Shown piece after piece: positions 62,918-64,000 of a DNA stretch of 64,000 bases; positions within the stretch are counted from its first letter, which is position 1, and each line of letters starts with the position of its first letter. Below the pieces are notes generated by a model. The model saw only the letters and a list, made by a program, of their open reading frames with translations, searched no databases and was not told where the DNA came from. The translations under genes were made by a program, and so were the position numbers. Source of the DNA: Octopus bimaculoides (lineage: Eukaryota); NCBI RefSeq assembly GCF_001194135.2, contig NC_068986.1, positions 24,168,059-24,232,058 of the forward strand, read 5' to 3'.

Positions 62918-63875
62918 TGGAATACTCGCAGTCACTGTAGGAACAAGAAAAAAAGGAGTCCTACCACATGAGCAGAAAGAGAGGGGGAAGAGGACTTATT
63001 GGGTGCGAATATAGCATTAGAGCAGAAGAAAACAACATAGCATGGTATGTAAAAAATGCCACAGAACCGCTATTATTAGAAGTAGGAAGGTCAGGTTGGT
63101 GTAGTATGAAACATTGCAAAGATAAAGCACTATACAAAAAATGGAAAACGGATGAAACTGAAAATAGGTGGGTAAAGAAAAGAATGCATGGTCAATTCCA
63201 TAGGGATTTTGAAGATAAGACAGACAGAAAAAAAATGGCTGTGGATGACTAAAAGTGATTTAAAATAGTGAGTGCTGTAAGCTCGCACAACGCGAATATA
63301 AATGGAGGCACGACAATGAGACCAGATAAGTCCATTGGCTGTTGTGGGGTAAAGCAAACCTCGAGAGAGCCGAACAATGATATGAACTCAAGCCAGAGGG
63401 AATAACGAAAAATGAACATTACAAAATACTCTGGGAGTTTAGCATACAGTTCGACCAAGTCATAGCGGCGAGACTACCAGATATCGTGCTCATCCATAAA
63501 GATGAAAAAGAAGTAAAGATAATAGATGTTAGAATACCAGGCGATTCGAGGGGAAAAGATTGAGAAATACCAGCCACTGCGGGACGAGATAGGAAAGTTA
63601 TGGGGCATGAGGAAAGTAATGGTGATACCGGTGGTAATTGGATCATTAGGAGCAGTTTCCAAAGGCTTTGAAAAACATATTGAGAATATTGGAGCCGCTG
63701 TCAGGCGCGAAGTGATCCAAAATGCAACATTGTCAGGTACAGCTCGCATTCTAATGAGAGTATTGGTCTCTTTGAGTCACAGGAGAAGACACTACTTGAA
63801 ATCTTGGGTGATTTGTTATTGCCTGTTTTCAAGTAAGGAATAACCAGTAATTAAGAATTATCCGAGAGTCTTTCA
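62917..63875 (+). mobile_element. R4/Dong-type LINE fragment, family 3, internally deleted, embedded in (TAA)n
   Basis: MSRKRGGRGLIGCE...WVKKRMHGQF...YKILW.FSIQFDQVIAARLPDIVLI..VKIIDVRIPGDS..KIEKYQPLRDEIGKLWGMRKVMVIPVVIGSLGAV...GTARILMRVL. (TAA)n at 62858-62916 and 63895-64000. Confidence 0.9.
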
Positions 63876-63894
63876 TGATGATGATGATGATGAT

Positions 63895-64000
<106 letters not shown>

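Overview
AT-rich animal genomic DNA from a gapped draft assembly: 14 N-runs totalling about 5 kb, most flanked by (TA)n or (TAA)n. The recurring SINE families resemble those I recall from Octopus or other coleoid cephalopods; this is inference, as no database search was run. The window looks intronic or intergenic. No protein-coding gene can be called with confidence, nearly all ORFs in the supplied track are microsatellite or N artefacts, and there is no CRISPR array or prokaryotic system. Supported content: at least four tRNA-derived SINE families (nested, tandem and chimeric copies); a decayed DD37D (maT-type) Tc1/mariner; a fold-back mariner derivative; a Chapaev3-like transposase relic; a CR1-type LINE; four R4/Dong-type RLE-LINE 3' fragments from three families, all tied to (TAA)n tracts; and Penelope-like elements (PLEs). 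The most notable observations are (1) an apparently intact minimal type I hammerhead ribozyme at 2199-2284, with decayed relatives including a ~350-bp palindrome of two divergent hammerhead units, (2) an isolated 28S rRNA fragment at ~30.7 kb, (3) a GC-rich island at 41.9-42.85 kb with a 46-48-nt inverted repeat beside candidate minus-strand exons, and (4) repeated TAA-associated LINE insertion. I do not see convincing evidence of a wholly new biological system; the best leads are RNA-structure and retroelement phenomena.
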